Positions 27,416 through 39,632 of a DNA stretch of 44,514 bases are shown piece by piece. The stretch is from Octopus bimaculoides (Eukaryota): contig NC_068999.1 of the NCBI RefSeq assembly GCF_001194135.2, forward strand, positions 17,150,957 through 17,195,470, read 5' to 3'. The translations under genes and the position numbers were made by a program. The notes under the pieces were generated by a model, which searched no databases, was not told the DNA's origin, and saw nothing but the letters and a program-made list of their open reading frames with translations. The number at the start of each line of letters is the position of its first letter. Position 1 is the stretch's first letter.

Positions 27416-28568
27416 TGTGTGCGTACACTGTCTTGCATAATGCATTAGTTCCATGTTGAAAAGCGTCCATAAAAATATAGTGTGTAAATGGTTGAACAAT
27501 ACATTAATACTTTAGGATCGCATCTGTGCCTATATGCAATCTATCAATGTCTGTACATAAACTGGTTCTATATCGATCAGTTTTTACCATTTACATATGG
27601 CATATGGTTTTTAATTCGACTGCTAGATCGCAGTAATTTGATATATACTTACATTTATCTCGTGCTCACTATAATCATATGCTATTGATACGTGTTCAGT
27701 AGTTCATTTAATATTTTTGCAATGCAAAATTGTCAGACTTATTATGAGCTCTTCATTAGCGTAGCTCGATGCTAACATATCCATCGTATTTTACGTAGGC
27801 ATTTCCTAAGACAGTAAGAGATTCATATGAGTAAAAGGCACTTTCTTTTTGTTGTTCCAAGGGCGTAGTTTTATGTCGCTATGTGTACATAAAGTTTGCA
27901 ACGCTGTTGCATCTCCACTGAGAGACATGCCGATAAAATTAAGGTAATTTAGAAAGACTGAGATACACAGTGATATCTGTCACGTTGGAGTAAAGTAATT
28001 CCACGACTATCGCAGGTCTTACGTTCCAAAATCCGACGCGATGGGTGACTTCTACGAAGTAGAAACAGTAATGTATATATTTTTTAATTATTTTCATAAT
28101 TTGTATATATTTATTTCGTTATAAATGCAAAACAACACCACACACTCGCCTTCCGAATTTCGCTTTCCATACAGTATGTGCACTTCTTTGTATACTCATC
28201 TACGGTACACTACGTATTTTCTTTTAATATATTGTAATTAATGTGTTATACAGTGCAGTACTGTACAGTATTTCTATTTATTAATTTATCAATGTTTAGG
28301 CCTGAAAATGGTAATTTATCACATAAGTAATTAAAACCTAAAGAAAAAAAAATATAAATATATATCGGCCGCAGAAACTCGCGATATAAATTTACATATA
28401 TTAACCAGAAAAATCCACAATGAGTTATTACTGTACTCGTGTACACATTCATATATACGAACACAGTAGACAATAAAATGAAATACAGCAAGCGCCTATG
28501 GATTCGATAGCATGTACAATGCGCTTGTTAAATATTTTAGGAACTAATGTAATCGTGAAACGATAAAA

Positions 28569-29340
28569 TATTGTCTCTTGAAAAGGAGAAATATCGATCA
28601 TGTGACAGTTGGGGAAAAAGAGAGGGATGCAAAAATAGTTTTCCACTATATATTTTATCAAGCCACAAATGATGAAAGAGATGGAATAAATATTGCAGTA
28701 CATCATATTGAATAAGCTAACAACCCTACTTATACATATATTATTCATTCTGCCAGGTTGAACGTGTGCATTACTACTATTAAATGTAACCCAATACACC
28801 CTGTTGCATGATATGGTCATCAAGGACGTAAGTGGCAACCGCAACAGCTTTGTATGGTGAGAGCGTTTGACATCCTGCAAGATGAATGACAAGGCAGTTG
28901 ACCTCAAGAAAGTGAATTGATAACCAGTAATGAAAGCATATGGCATGGATTTTCAATGAGTATGTGAGTATCATTAGTGATTTGTTCAGATTTCACTCAG
29001 ATAAGGTTCGAAATAAATAATTATGATTTAACACCACAAATTTGGAGATACTGGCTGCAAGACAAAGTAGGTAACAACTTAAGGGGAACAAAGTTTCAAA
29101 CTGACATTGAACACAAAACGCCGAGGAAATATTCTGGAACGGCAATCTACGGCGTGGCCACTCACCAAACTTGATACTTTGAGTTTTGAAATTCAATCAG
29201 TCTTTTCGGGAAACTCCCTCAATATTACACAAGCCCATTGTCATGAGTTGATATTGCAGCTGAAGAAATTATGCAAGAACATGAAGGTGAATCTGATCTG
29301 TGAGTAGTTTCTGCTCCCTACAATAACCATAGGCTACTCT
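28569..29340 (+). pseudogene. Ancient LINE apurinic-type endonuclease (APE) domain relic, RTE-like
   Basis: Motifs occur in APE order with many stops and frameshifts: LLKRRNIDHVTVGE, YIFYQATNDERDGINIAV, an IFNEYV segment resembling DFNGHVG (shifted frame), THQT*YF resembling SQIDYI, and AEEIMQEHEGESDL near the domain end. At least 9 in-frame stops. Confidence 0.5.
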
Positions 29341-29555
29341 GACCTCTGCCAACGCTGCAGTCAAATTTGGCTGTGAAACTATTGTTTATTTATATTCGTA
29401 CATACCCGCACTCATATATGCATGTATATTTCATGTAAATATACATACATGCTCACATACACACATATATACAGACAAGTAGACGGACACATATATATCC
29501 ATATATTTGGATAAGCGCATTGTTATTGTGGTTATACCTTATTATATTATATTAT

Positions 29556-29760
29556 GAAACGCCGGGCAAAATGCTTTGCGGTATTTCGCCTGTCCTTACG
29601 GTCTGAGTTTAAGATTCTTCCGAGGCCGATGTTGCCTGTCATCCTTTAGGAGTCGATAAAATGAATACCAGTGAAGTACTAGGATCGAGGATGTACACTT
29701 AGCCCCTCACTCGAATGTGGTAGCCCTGTGCTAAAATTTGAAACCATTATTATTATTATT
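29556..29760 (+). mobile_element. Meta-core SINE (5'-truncated) with (TTA)n tail
   Basis: Contains GCCTGTCATCCTTTAGGAGTCGATAAAATGAATACCAGT and ends in TTATTATTATTATT. Confidence 0.75.
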
Positions 29761-29988
29761 GAGAAGGCAACGAGGTGGTAGAGTCGTTAGCATGCTAGGG
29801 AAAATGCTTAGCGGTATTTCACCCATTGCTACATTCTGAGTTCAAATTCCGTCGTGGTGGCCTCTCATCCTTTCAGGGTTGATAACTTAATTGCCTGCGA
29901 AACACTGGGCCGATATAATCGACTAGTCTCTTCTCTCCAAATTTCAGGTCTTGTGTCCTTAGTAGAAAGGATTATTATTATTATTATT
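29761..29988 (+). mobile_element. Meta-core SINE with (TTA)n tail, directly tandem to the previous copy
   Basis: Head GAAGGCAACGAGGTGGTAGAGTCGTTAGCA, then TGAGTTCAAATTCC, core CATCCTTTCAGGGTTGATAA, and a (TTA)n tail. Confidence 0.8.
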
Positions 29989-30540
29989 GAATGAGAGAGC
30001 ACCGCAATGCCATCAAAGTGATACTGAGGTACAAATATACGAAACCCAATATTCCAATCATGACTATCCGCCTGATAAGAGTACATCAGCCACATGCATC
30101 ACAGCCATATGTACGCGATATAGTGATCTCATATCGAAATGTACAACGCATGACCTTGCAGGTGGGGCTCAGTTAGAAGTTGCTTTAAGTTGAATAACCC
30201 ACGCAGCTCAAAAGGTCGCTAAATAAGGATTATCTAAAGATGATGAGCGAAACACTCATGTTTTCAGAGGTGTATTATTCAACCTTCATTTAATTCTTCT
30301 CGACATCTGGCTATGATGCACACGCACTACTTCTACTCGTGATCAGACTTATGCACATATCATAAGTCACCAAGGGACATACTCGACTGGTTAAGGCCAA
30401 GCAACTAACAAGCAGATCTGTCGTACTGAGCAGAGTATTTCCTGTAGTCTATCTTCCATGCCAAAACAAAACATGTACATGATAGCACTTCCAATCAGTT
30501 ATGACCAGAAGCCATGACAGTCACTTTCTGTTACTGTAAT
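29989..30540. mobile_element. Probable interspersed repeat (~550 bp) bracketed by (TTA)n on both sides
   Basis: Higher-complexity segment with no convincing ORF lying between two TTA tracts. It resembles an octopus repeat as I recall it, but this is not verifiable from this window. Confidence 0.4.
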
Positions 30541-31496
30541 TATTATTATTATTATTATCATCATCATTTTTTTTGTAGTAGTAGTAGTAACAGCTGCAGT
30601 ACTTGTGCACTAAATCCTTAATATTATTAGAATTAGTGTTCATACCTCACAGTATTTCAATATATGCTATGATCTCTATTTACATTCCTCCGAGGGCGAT
30701 AAAATTATCACCGTAAATATACTGAAGATTATGCAAAATCTCTACTGTACTGCACTTGTAAAAAGCATCTGTCTTGTGCCTTTTGCTACAATCTAATAGC
30801 ATCGTTTATAATATAAAAGATCAAACAGGCAACATCAGCGAATAAAGTTTCTAAAAATACAATACAAACATTATAAAAATACAATATCAACAAACGACAG
30901 TGGAATAGCGTGTCCAAATACAGTTAGTTTGTCTTTCTAATAAAACAAACCGTTGATCATACAGTGGCTGAGGATTTCGCGGTGTCAAATTAAATATGAA
31001 ATTTACTATATGTTTAAAGTACCTAGAGCAACGAATCTCTATTAGAGATACGTGACATGGAATATAAAACTAAAATGATTAAAATAGCGAGAGGAAACCT
31101 CAGTAAACAAATGGAAAAAAAAGTAATAAAAGCCAAGATTTCCCCCACTGTGCTTCTACATATATAACCAGAATGATGATGTGAGTAGTTTTATAGAATA
31201 ATAACAAACCACTAAAGGGTGTATAAATTTTCGTAATAACAATGACCGTTTCGAGCAAAATCTAAAATATATATCATTAGATTTTATGATTATGAATTGG
31301 TAGAAGTTTTATCCTTGCAGAAGTCAATAAAAGTACAGCTGTTAGAAATATTTTCAGCACGCCATCAGACACTAAGTTATGAAAAACGGGGACATTGCAA
31401 ACATTTTTACATTATATCTTTTCGTTCTAATGCAGCTAACGAGAATTTAAAGGCAGTAGTCGAGGTGCATCCAACCATATATGCGTGAACTCATAT

Positions 31497-31547
<51 letters not shown>

Positions 31548-32039
31548 GGCAACATCATTTACTTGTTTCAGTCTCACAAGTGGAAAACCAATTATTTATA
31601 TATGTAAATGTTGGTGTGTGTAGGTGTGCGTGTGTGTGCTTATATAACTATANNNNNNNNNNNNNNNNNNNNNNNNNNNNNNNNNNNNNNNNNNNNNNNN
31701 NNNNNNNNTATATATATATATATCTATATATATATATATATATATATATAACGGAGATGTACTTTCATAGCAACTGAAATGATCTGAGTTCGTGTACTGA
31801 AACAAAAACAATTGCAGCATGAAAGGTGTTTATAAGCCATTTTAAAACAGACAAAACCATTAGATTCACTTCAACATTTAAATTTAATTTGTCAAAACAG
31901 TTTCGTCGTTTTGAAACCATGCATATGTATGTGTGCGTGTGTGTACACATGTAAGTATATTTATGTGTGTATATATATTCTTTATTCTTTTAGTCAAAAT
32001 GTTATGGCTATGTATTCTAACCTTATCAATGGCAATTGG

Positions 32040-32560
32040 CTTGTGGTGTAAGAAGGAGTTTGATTTTGCTGGCCTCTTTTGAGTTTCTTACCGTGATGTA
32101 GGTTTCAATGGAATCTTCGACAGCAGCATGTCATTCAGTAATTTTCTGAATTTATTTAACCCCTTCTCCACGAAGTTCTGACAAATATTTGGCAATAGGT
32201 TAAATAGCTGTGAGCCCTTAAATTCCAGGTCGTTGCACTACGGATCCCCTCTCTAGATAGAAGGCTGCAACCTTTGGGACTGTACAGTGACGTCCAGTAT
32301 GGGAACTGGTAAAATATTCGATGCTGAAGGCTGGTGCTACCCCATCTAGGATCTTCCATATCTATACCATTGCATATCTGTCTGCAATGATATGTACAAT
32401 AAACGAGGCGTCATTGCTCAAATTAATCCTCAAATCACATACTATACCTGAGTCTGGGATTGCTGCCCCCATTTAGTCCAAAGCATCTTTGTTGCGATAT
32501 GTTAGCGCAAAATGGCTAATAGCAGAGGCCTTGGAATTTTCTTGCATTAAGTATATTTGA
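32040..32560 (-). mobile_element. CR1-group LINE 3' fragment with internal deletion
   Basis: Minus frames give NARKFQGLCY, AIPDSGIVCDLRINLSNDASFIVHI, then IWKILDGVAPAFSIEYFTSSHTGRHCTVPK and CNDLEFKGSQLFNLLPN..KFRKLL. These match post-RT CR1/L2-group motifs (KFQ.L, DLG...S.D..F..HI, KIL.G, G.QLFN.LP). Confidence 0.75.
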
Positions 32561-32784
32561 CTCTATCTGAAGAATTTCCAATAAAGGATGTATTATGCGA
32601 TCATCTGTCTGACGAATTTCTAAAGCTAGATATCTTACCGGTTTCTCCTAGATGTACGATTTTATAATTGCTATTAGGAAATGAAACACGCGTAATAGTG
32701 GTTAATATTTAAGAACATTTTTCAATCTCCTATTTAAATATACATATGTGTGTGTATGTAAGTATATACATATATTTATAAGTA

Positions 32785-32830
<46 letters not shown>

Positions 32831-33197
32831 TATATATGTATGTATATATGATATATATGTATATATAACACACATACACANNNNNNNNNNNNNNNNNNNN
32901 NNNNNNNNNNNNNNNNNNNNNNNNNNNNNNNNNNNNNNNNNNNNNNNNNNNNNNNNNNNNNNNNNNNNNNNNNNNNNNNNNNNNNNNNNNNNNNNNNNNN
33001 NNNNNNNNNNNNNNNNNNNNNNNNNNNNNNNNNNNNNNNNNNNNNNNNNNNNNNNNNNNNNNNNNNNNNNNNNNNNNNNNNNNNNNNNNNNNNNNNNNNN
33101 NNNNNNNNNNNNNNNNNNNNNNNNNNNNNNNNNNNNNNNNNNNNNNNNNNNNNNNNNNNNNNNNNNNNNNNNNNNNNNNNNNNNNNNNNNNNNNNNN

Positions 33198-33248
<51 letters not shown>

Positions 33249-33818
33249 TACATACATATATGTCTGCATATTACATGTGTGTATATGTGTGTTTATTATA
33301 TGTAAGTTTAACATATACATTCTCACATACACACACATACACACATATGTAAGTGTGATATATACGTGTATGTGTGAGTGTATGTGTATTTTTGATTTAT
33401 TTAGCTAGCGTTATTTTCGATATTTCTATTTATATTTATTTCTTAAATTTTCAAAATGAAACTATTTGTAAAGGCGTGGTTATTAATCAATTGAGTCATC
33501 GATCACAGTATCTGACTGTTACTTATTATATCGACCGAAGAGATGTGAAACCAAAACTCAAGTCTAAAATCTACACAATAATGTTTGAATCTATAATAAT
33601 AGTTTTAGCTATTGCAATCGTAGCAGAAATATTTTTGATACAGAGGAGCAAACAGAGTCTTGTGGTTAAGGAGTATCCTTGGAGCTGTATTCTTTCGAAT
33701 TCGACTTCGCTTCGTTGTTTCCTGGCAAACTCTATTAATATCAAAATTGCTAGTCATCGAGGCCTTGTAAATGACATTTGGCATGTTGGTACCTGTGACA
33801 TATCCCTTCATAGAAATT

Positions 33819-34052
33819 AAGGCGGTGGGCTGGCAGAAACGATAGCACGCTGGGCGAAATGCTTAGCCGTATTTTATCTGTCTTTATGATCTGAGTTCAA
33901 ATCTCGCCGAGGCCGACTTTACCTTTCATCCTTCTGGGATCGATAAATTAAGTATGAATTACTCACTGGGGCCGATGTAATCGACTTATTCCCTTTGTCT
34001 GTCCTTTTTTATCCTATCTATATTTAGCCCCTTGTGGGCAATAAAGAAATGA
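33819..34052 (+). mobile_element. Near full-length Meta-core SINE
   Basis: Head AAGGCGGTGGGCTGGCAGAAACGATAGC, then TGAGTTCAAATCTC, core CCTTTCATCCTTCTGGGATCGATAAATTAAGT, and 3' end GCCCCTTGTGGGCAATAAAGAAAT. Confidence 0.85.
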
Positions 34053-34489
34053 GAAATTATCAGTGATGCATGGGGAGTTTAGAAGAGATAATTATTTTGC
34101 TAGAGTCTGTCTAGATTTTCTAGGATGAAGAAGCGATATTAGTAGTTATGATATTCGATAATTTAGTCAAGTACTTTCTGGTTTCTAGCAATTCATACCT
34201 CATAGGTATTTACTCTCTTCATACATATATGATTTTCGAAATTTTACTTTTTGTCAGTCAGCTTCATTACTCTAAATTCACATTGAAAATAAGACATTAT
34301 GTTATAACGTAGACCATTTCACTCCTGCCACCACCAAGAGATGTCGAACTATGATAAACAAATAATATTATTATTATTTTCTTTTATTAGAATTATTTTT
34401 ATAGTATTTAGTTTTCACAGCACCGGTGAGCACAGTTCTGATTGCTTTTGGTATATGCTGTATACGCATTGGTGATATATCACGTTTCG

Positions 34490-35260
34490 AGTTGCTAATA
34501 CTGGACAAAATAAGTATGTAATACTGAGCTGAGTATTTTCTTTATGATGTTTATAATTGTAATCCCGGAGAATATTGGATGTTTTTGTCTGCATAGTTTC
34601 TAAATATTCCTAAGGCACTTATGAACAATTTCGATTTACAGTCCTTATGTTCTTGCTATTTCTGTTGCCAGATTAGTTTGTGTGGATGATTCTACCATTT
34701 CTTTCAGTAATAAATCATCATTTGTTAGGTCTCATACTCCGTTCAGGAAGAGCTTCAATTCGACAAAGGCTATAGTCAACAATATCCGGTCGATTAGGCT
34801 TCAACGCTTTGCCTGTGTAGAATGGCATAAGCAAAAGTATTGCAGCTTTATCAGTCTGGCAGACAATTTCTGGTGTAAATTTATAATTCTATTCTTTTGT
34901 TGGTATTTTATGATACTGGCATAAATAACAAGAGTATGCAAGTCGCTACTCTGCCATGCCGATAGTTGCATTGTGCGCTGTTTGTTGTAGTTAACCAGAA
35001 ATATATAGTTACCTGTCTCCTCCTATACTTTTCATATTCTGAAATTACATAACGTAAATTTTTTTTCAGTAACTCTTTTCGGTGGTTTGTGATGAGAAAT
35101 GGTAATGCAGTACCGAAACCAAGTCACGGCGATGAAATATTTCATTGCATGTTTCAATTTCTTCATGTATTGGTCATAAGGCACTAGAAGCAACCGTTTT
35201 AGTAGCACATTCAGTAGACAATTTGTAGCTTCGTGTTCGGCATTTAAAAAATCTTTGTTC
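34490..35260 (-). mobile_element. Old R4/Dong-clade LINE relic (restriction-like endonuclease region)
   Basis: Minus frames give RHGRVA, LCQYHKIPTKE*NYKFTPEIV, MPFYTGKALKPNRPDIV, LLKEM and SALGIFRNYADKNIQYSPGL. These are the RHD.V and RPDIV RLE motifs, and the last segment is homologous to the cleaner copy at 38376. The part above about 35000 is less certain. Confidence 0.65.
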
Positions 35261-35414
35261 TTTATACATAAAACACTTTACTTATGCTGTGATGTATTTG
35301 AAGGACTCATTGTTTTAATAATATTCATGTTTCCTATTTACTTGTGGTAATTCATTCAATAAACCGCAGAGATATATTACAGGTACAGTTTCTTACTGTG
35401 TAATCCCTGTATTT

Positions 35415-35640
35415 ATCTTTAACTTGTTTCAGTCAATTGATTGAAGCCATACCGGGGCACCGCCTTGAAGTTTTTTAGGACTTATTTCTTCAAAGCCTCT
35501 TACTTATTCTATCATTCTCTTTCGCAGAACTGCTAGATCGCAGGGACGTAAACACAGCAACACTAGCAGTCAATCGGTGGTTGGGTAAAAACATAGACAT
35601 AAAGACACACATAGATATATACATGCAGACACACACAAAA
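35415..35640 (-). mobile_element. Partial SINE, family A (3' half)
   Basis: ACTTGTTTCAGTC...GGACTTATT...GGACGTAAACACA matches 19603-19800 and 42012-42210. Confidence 0.7.
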
Positions 35641-35707
35641 ACGCAAACACATACATACACACATATATATGTATATACATACATATTCATACATACATAC
35701 ATATTCA

Positions 35708-35738
<31 letters not shown>

Positions 35739-35765
35739 TCATACATACATACATACATACATATT

Positions 35766-35821
<56 letters not shown>

Positions 35822-36592
35822 NNNNNNNNNNNNNNNNNNNNNNNNNNNNNNNNNNNNNNNNNNNNNNNNNNNNNNNNNNNNNNNNNNNNNNNNNNNNNNN
35901 NNNNNNNNNNNNNNNNNNNNNNNNNNNNNNNNNNNNNNNNNNNNNNNNNNNNNNNNNNNNNNNNNNNNNNNNNNNNNNNNNNNNNNNNNNNNNNNNNNNN
36001 NNNNNNNNNNNNNNNNNNNNNNNNNNNNNNNNNNNNNNNNNNNNNNNNNNNNNNNNNNNNNNNNNNNNNNNNNNNNNNNNNNNNNNNNNNNNNNNNNNNN
36101 NNNNNNNNNNNNNNNNNNNNNNNNNNNNNNNNNNNNNNNNNNNNNNNNNNNNNNNNNNNNNNNNNNNNNNNNNNNNNNNNNNNNNNNNNNNNNNNNNNNN
36201 NNNNNNNNNNNNNNNNNNNNNNNNNNNNNNNNNNNNNNNNNNNNNNNNNNNNNNNNNNNNNNNNNNNNNNNNNNNNNNNNNNNNNNNNNNNNNNNNNNNN
36301 NNNNNNNNNNNNNNNNNNNNNNNNNNNNNNNNNNNNNNNNNNNNNNNNNNNNNNNNNNNNNNNNNNNNNNNNNNNNNNNNNNNNNNNNNNNNNNNNNNNN
36401 NNNNNNNNNNNNNNNNNNNNNNNNNNNNNNNNNNNNNNNNNNNNNNNNNNNNNNNNNNNNNNNNNNNNNNNNNNNNNNNNNNNNNNNNNNNNNNNNNNNN
36501 NNNNNNNNNNNNNNNNNNNNNNNNNNNNNNNNNNNNNNNNNNNNNNNNNNNNNNNNNNNNNNNNNNNNNNNNNNNNNNNNNNNNNNNNNNNN
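35822..36592. other. Largest assembly gap (771 N). Others: 707-1249, 7548-7824, 13687-14037, 14656-14667, 19026-19488, 25629-25638, 31653-31708, 32881-33197, 37774-37890, 42584-42593
   Basis: N-runs, mostly bordered by microsatellites, typical of a short-read draft assembly. Confidence 1.
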
Positions 36593-36611
36593 ATATATAT
36601 ATATATATATA

Positions 36612-37773
36612 CAAGAGTTGGACAAAATTATGGAAACACTTAGCGTCATAATTTCGAAATATCTATACAACCCTCAAAACCTTTTTTGTTTTTATGTTTT
36701 TTTATTTATTATTAGCGTTGCTTAATATGGTTTGCTAAAGTTGGTCTTTGTTTCCAGATATCATAAGAAAAAGGTAATTAAAATTCATTAAAATGACTGA
36801 TCTATCGGACTTTCAAAGCGGTCTAATTGTTGGTGCTTGTATGACAGGCGCTAGCGTAACGAAAGCAGGCGAAATATTTGGTGTAATGACAGCCTTTGAA
36901 AAAGAAGGAAAACTTCCTCTTCGAAACAAAAATCCGGAAGAAAATCAAAATTTTCAGATAGGGACCGTCGGACTCTTACGCGAATTGTTAGAAAGGATCA
37001 GAAAAGTACAGCTCCCAAAATTACTGCAGAGCTTAACGACCACCTCAAGAACCAAGTTTCCACAAAAACTGTTCGTCGGGAGCTGCACAAAGCCGGATTT
37101 CATGGGAGGGCTGCAATCAGAAAACCACTACTTTCAAAAATAAACGCTGCAAAGCGTTTAGAGTGGTGTAAGAACCAACAGAATTGGTCCCTAGAGCAGT
37201 GGAAGAATGTTATTTCCAACCATCGGCCGAGTACACGGGTGGAGACAGGAAAAAGAAGCATTTGAACCAGAGTGCATTCTTCCAACTGTTAAACATAGAG
37301 GAGGATTTGCGATGATCGGTGGTGGAGGTGGGGGGGTTATATATTGGAAACTGACCAGGTCAATGGTTTCCTTTCATGGCAGTATTAATAGTCAAGGCCA
37401 TTTAAGCATTTTATCCGATTAAATTCATCCTATGGTTGCGGAACTGTTTCTGGAGGGAAACGCAAATCTTTCAAGATGATAAAGCACCAGTTCACACAGA
37501 TAAAGTTGTTACTGAATGGCACTTCTAGTGAAGTTGAACATTTTATCTGGCTACCACAGTCCCCAGATCTCAATATTATTGGCCATTTATGGTGCATTTT
37601 AGAAAAGTAAGTAAGGAGTCGATATCCTCCACCATCATCACTACATGAACAGAAGATTGTTTTAGCTGAAGAATGGACAAAAATTCCTTTGGAAACAATT
37701 CAAACTTTGTACGAGCCCATACCTCGTAGAATTCAAGCTGTAGTTACCGGCAAAGTCTGTCCTACCCTATATT
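36612..37773 (+). mobile_element. Decayed Tc1-family DNA transposon; transposase pseudogene at 36793-37773; right TIR probably in gap 37774-37890
   Basis: TA followed by a TIR-like start CAAGAGTTGGACAAAATTATGGAAACAC. Frameshifted translation: MTDLSDFQSGLIVGA...SGRKSKFSDRDRRTLTRIVRK...STKTVRRELHKAGFHGRAAIRKPLLSKINAAKRLEWCK..WSLEQWKNV, LPTVKHRGG, FQDDKAPVH, WLPQSPDLNIIGHLW, IPRRIQAV. The first catalytic D is deleted and the E is replaced by G. Confidence 0.95.
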
Positions 37774-38089
37774 NNNNNNNNNNNNNNNNNNNNNNNNNNN
37801 NNNNNNNNNNNNNNNNNNNNNNNNNNNNNNNNNNNNNNNNNNNNNNNNNNNNNNNNNNNNNNNNNNNNNNNNNNNNNNNNNNNNNNNNNNAATTTCAGGG
37901 ATTTATTTTGGATGAAATTCAAGTTTTTGTTGATAGCTTCGTTTCTAGTTTCTCCGCGTCCTTTAGCTAACTGTGTTATTTTTTTTTTGTTTTTATTTTT
38001 TTTTTTACTATTCTGTAATCAGTCAGTGGATGTTTGACTATAATCTTCTAATTGTCCTTCATCCGAGGGGAAAATATAGGGTGAATTTC

Positions 38090-38354
38090 GTGGGCTGATG
38101 GCTCAGTGTTTAGAGTGTCGGGCTCACAATCATGTGGTAGTGAGGCTGATTCCCAGACTGGGGTATGTGTTGTGTTCTTGAGCAAGACACTTTATTTCAC
38201 GTTACTCCAGTTCACTCAGCTATGGAAATAAGTTTCAACATCACCGGTGACAAGCTGTATCGACCTTTGTTTTTCCCTTGGATAACATCGGTGGCGTGGA
38301 GAGGGGAGACTGGTAGGTCAACTGCTGGTCTTTCATAAACAACCTTACCCAGAC
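38090..38354 (+). mobile_element. tRNA-derived SINE, family C
   Basis: A-box-like TGGCTCAGTGTT, a degenerate B box, and the CORE-like segment TTCTTGAGCAAGACACTTTA. Followed by a GAT/AAT simple-repeat tail. Confidence 0.7.
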
Positions 38355-38375
38355 GACGATGATAATAATGATAAT

Positions 38376-38728
38376 ATTTCAAAATACAAAGACCTGGAAA
38401 TAGAGGTAACTCGAATGTGGAATCTAAAAACAGAAACAATTCCTATCATAATAGGTGCCTTAGGTATAATAAAAAAATATTCAGACAAATACATTACAAC
38501 AACACCAGGACTTACAAATATATATAACATACAGAAAATTGCACTACTGGGCACTGCACACATCCTACGCAAAACACTTTCAATACAGTAACCATAAGAG
38601 CATCACAGCAAACCATAGCACATACCCAAGGCACACAGAGCTGCGCTCGGTAGTGAAGTGAAAGCACGTTATAAAAATAAAACAACTGAACAATAATAAT
38701 AATAATAATAATAATCATAATAATAGTA
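38376..38728 (+). mobile_element. 5'-truncated R4/Dong-clade LINE: open 71-codon ORF end, 3' UTR and (AAT)n tail
   Basis: 38376-38591 reads ISKYKDLEIEVTRMWNLKTETIPIIIGALGIIKKYSDKYITTTPGLTNIYNIQKIALLGTAHILRKTLSIQ* without stops, matching the RLE C-terminus pattern K..KY..L...W......P...GALG. TAA repeats lie on both flanks. This frame is absent from the supplied track because it lacks an early ATG. Confidence 0.9.
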
Positions 38729-39212
38729 ATGGTTTGATATACAATACAGACAAGAAAGTCGCAAAAGGCAAACTTGATGCAATCCCATGGTCATTGTCAT
38801 TCATAACCGAAAGGGGATCTTCACCCATTACTCTTTTAACACTTTAGCCAAGTCAGACTATTATTATCCAGACTTGTCTACCTAGTTTCATATAAACACT
38901 TGAGAAATATTACCACAATACATTAATTCAGCACCATCTATCTATTGCTACTTATTACTTTATATCTTTTGAGATAGTTCTGTTTCCGAATTAAAGTAAT
39001 GCGTCTCAAACATTTCTTTCTAATCTGGTCTTTCATTCTTGTGTGTTGGGCTCTTGTCTAATTTATTGATTCATAAGCGTTTGTATGACTGTGTTTTGTC
39101 TAATTCCCTTATCTCCGTTTCTTTATCTAGTATGATACTAGAATTCTTAATTGATTTTCTTTTTTAAGTTTTGCCTTTTGCGATTTTCTTGTCTGTATTG
39201 TATATCAAACCC

Positions 39213-39265
39213 TTATTATTATTATTATTACTATTATTATTATTATTATTACTACTACTACTACG

Positions 39266-39317
<52 letters not shown>

Positions 39318-39455
39318 TTATTATTATTATCATCATTATTATCATCATCATTATTATTATCGTCGTCGTCATCATCCTCATCGTCATCATCGTTGTTGTT
39401 AGTAGTAGCAGCAGTAGTAGTAGTAGTAGTAGTAGTAATAGTAGTAGTTGTAGTA
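39213..39455. repeat. Compound trinucleotide microsatellite (TAT/TAC/CAT/CGT/GTT/GTA)
   Basis: Seen directly; it is the source of the poly-Y/L/V/H ORF artefacts. Confidence 0.98.
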
Positions 39456-39462
39456 TACTACT

Positions 39463-39632
39463 CCAAGTGTCGTGAACAAAATATGGCCAATGTCCTTCTA
39501 TAGCGTTTACATCAGATGTAGTCTGATTTAAGAAGTTGGTTAAAAGGTTTAGCGCCAGAGAGAAAAGAAGGTGAGAGGAAATTCCCATTGGAATACGCAT
39601 CTAACAGACATTGGAATACATTTTATAATTCC
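39463..39632 (-). mobile_element. R4/Dong-like RT core fragment between two trinucleotide arrays
   Basis: Minus frames give CIPMSVRCVFQW, then SSHLLFSLALNLLTNFLNQT, then GHWPYFVHDT. These resemble the RT motifs GIFQGD-LSPLLF.LALNPLS and HL.YMDD. Confidence 0.55.

Noticed and set aside
28757-28827. Plus-strand AG/GTAAGT-bounded 71-nt exon candidate
   Set aside because: Closed in all three frames and lies inside the LINE endonuclease relic.
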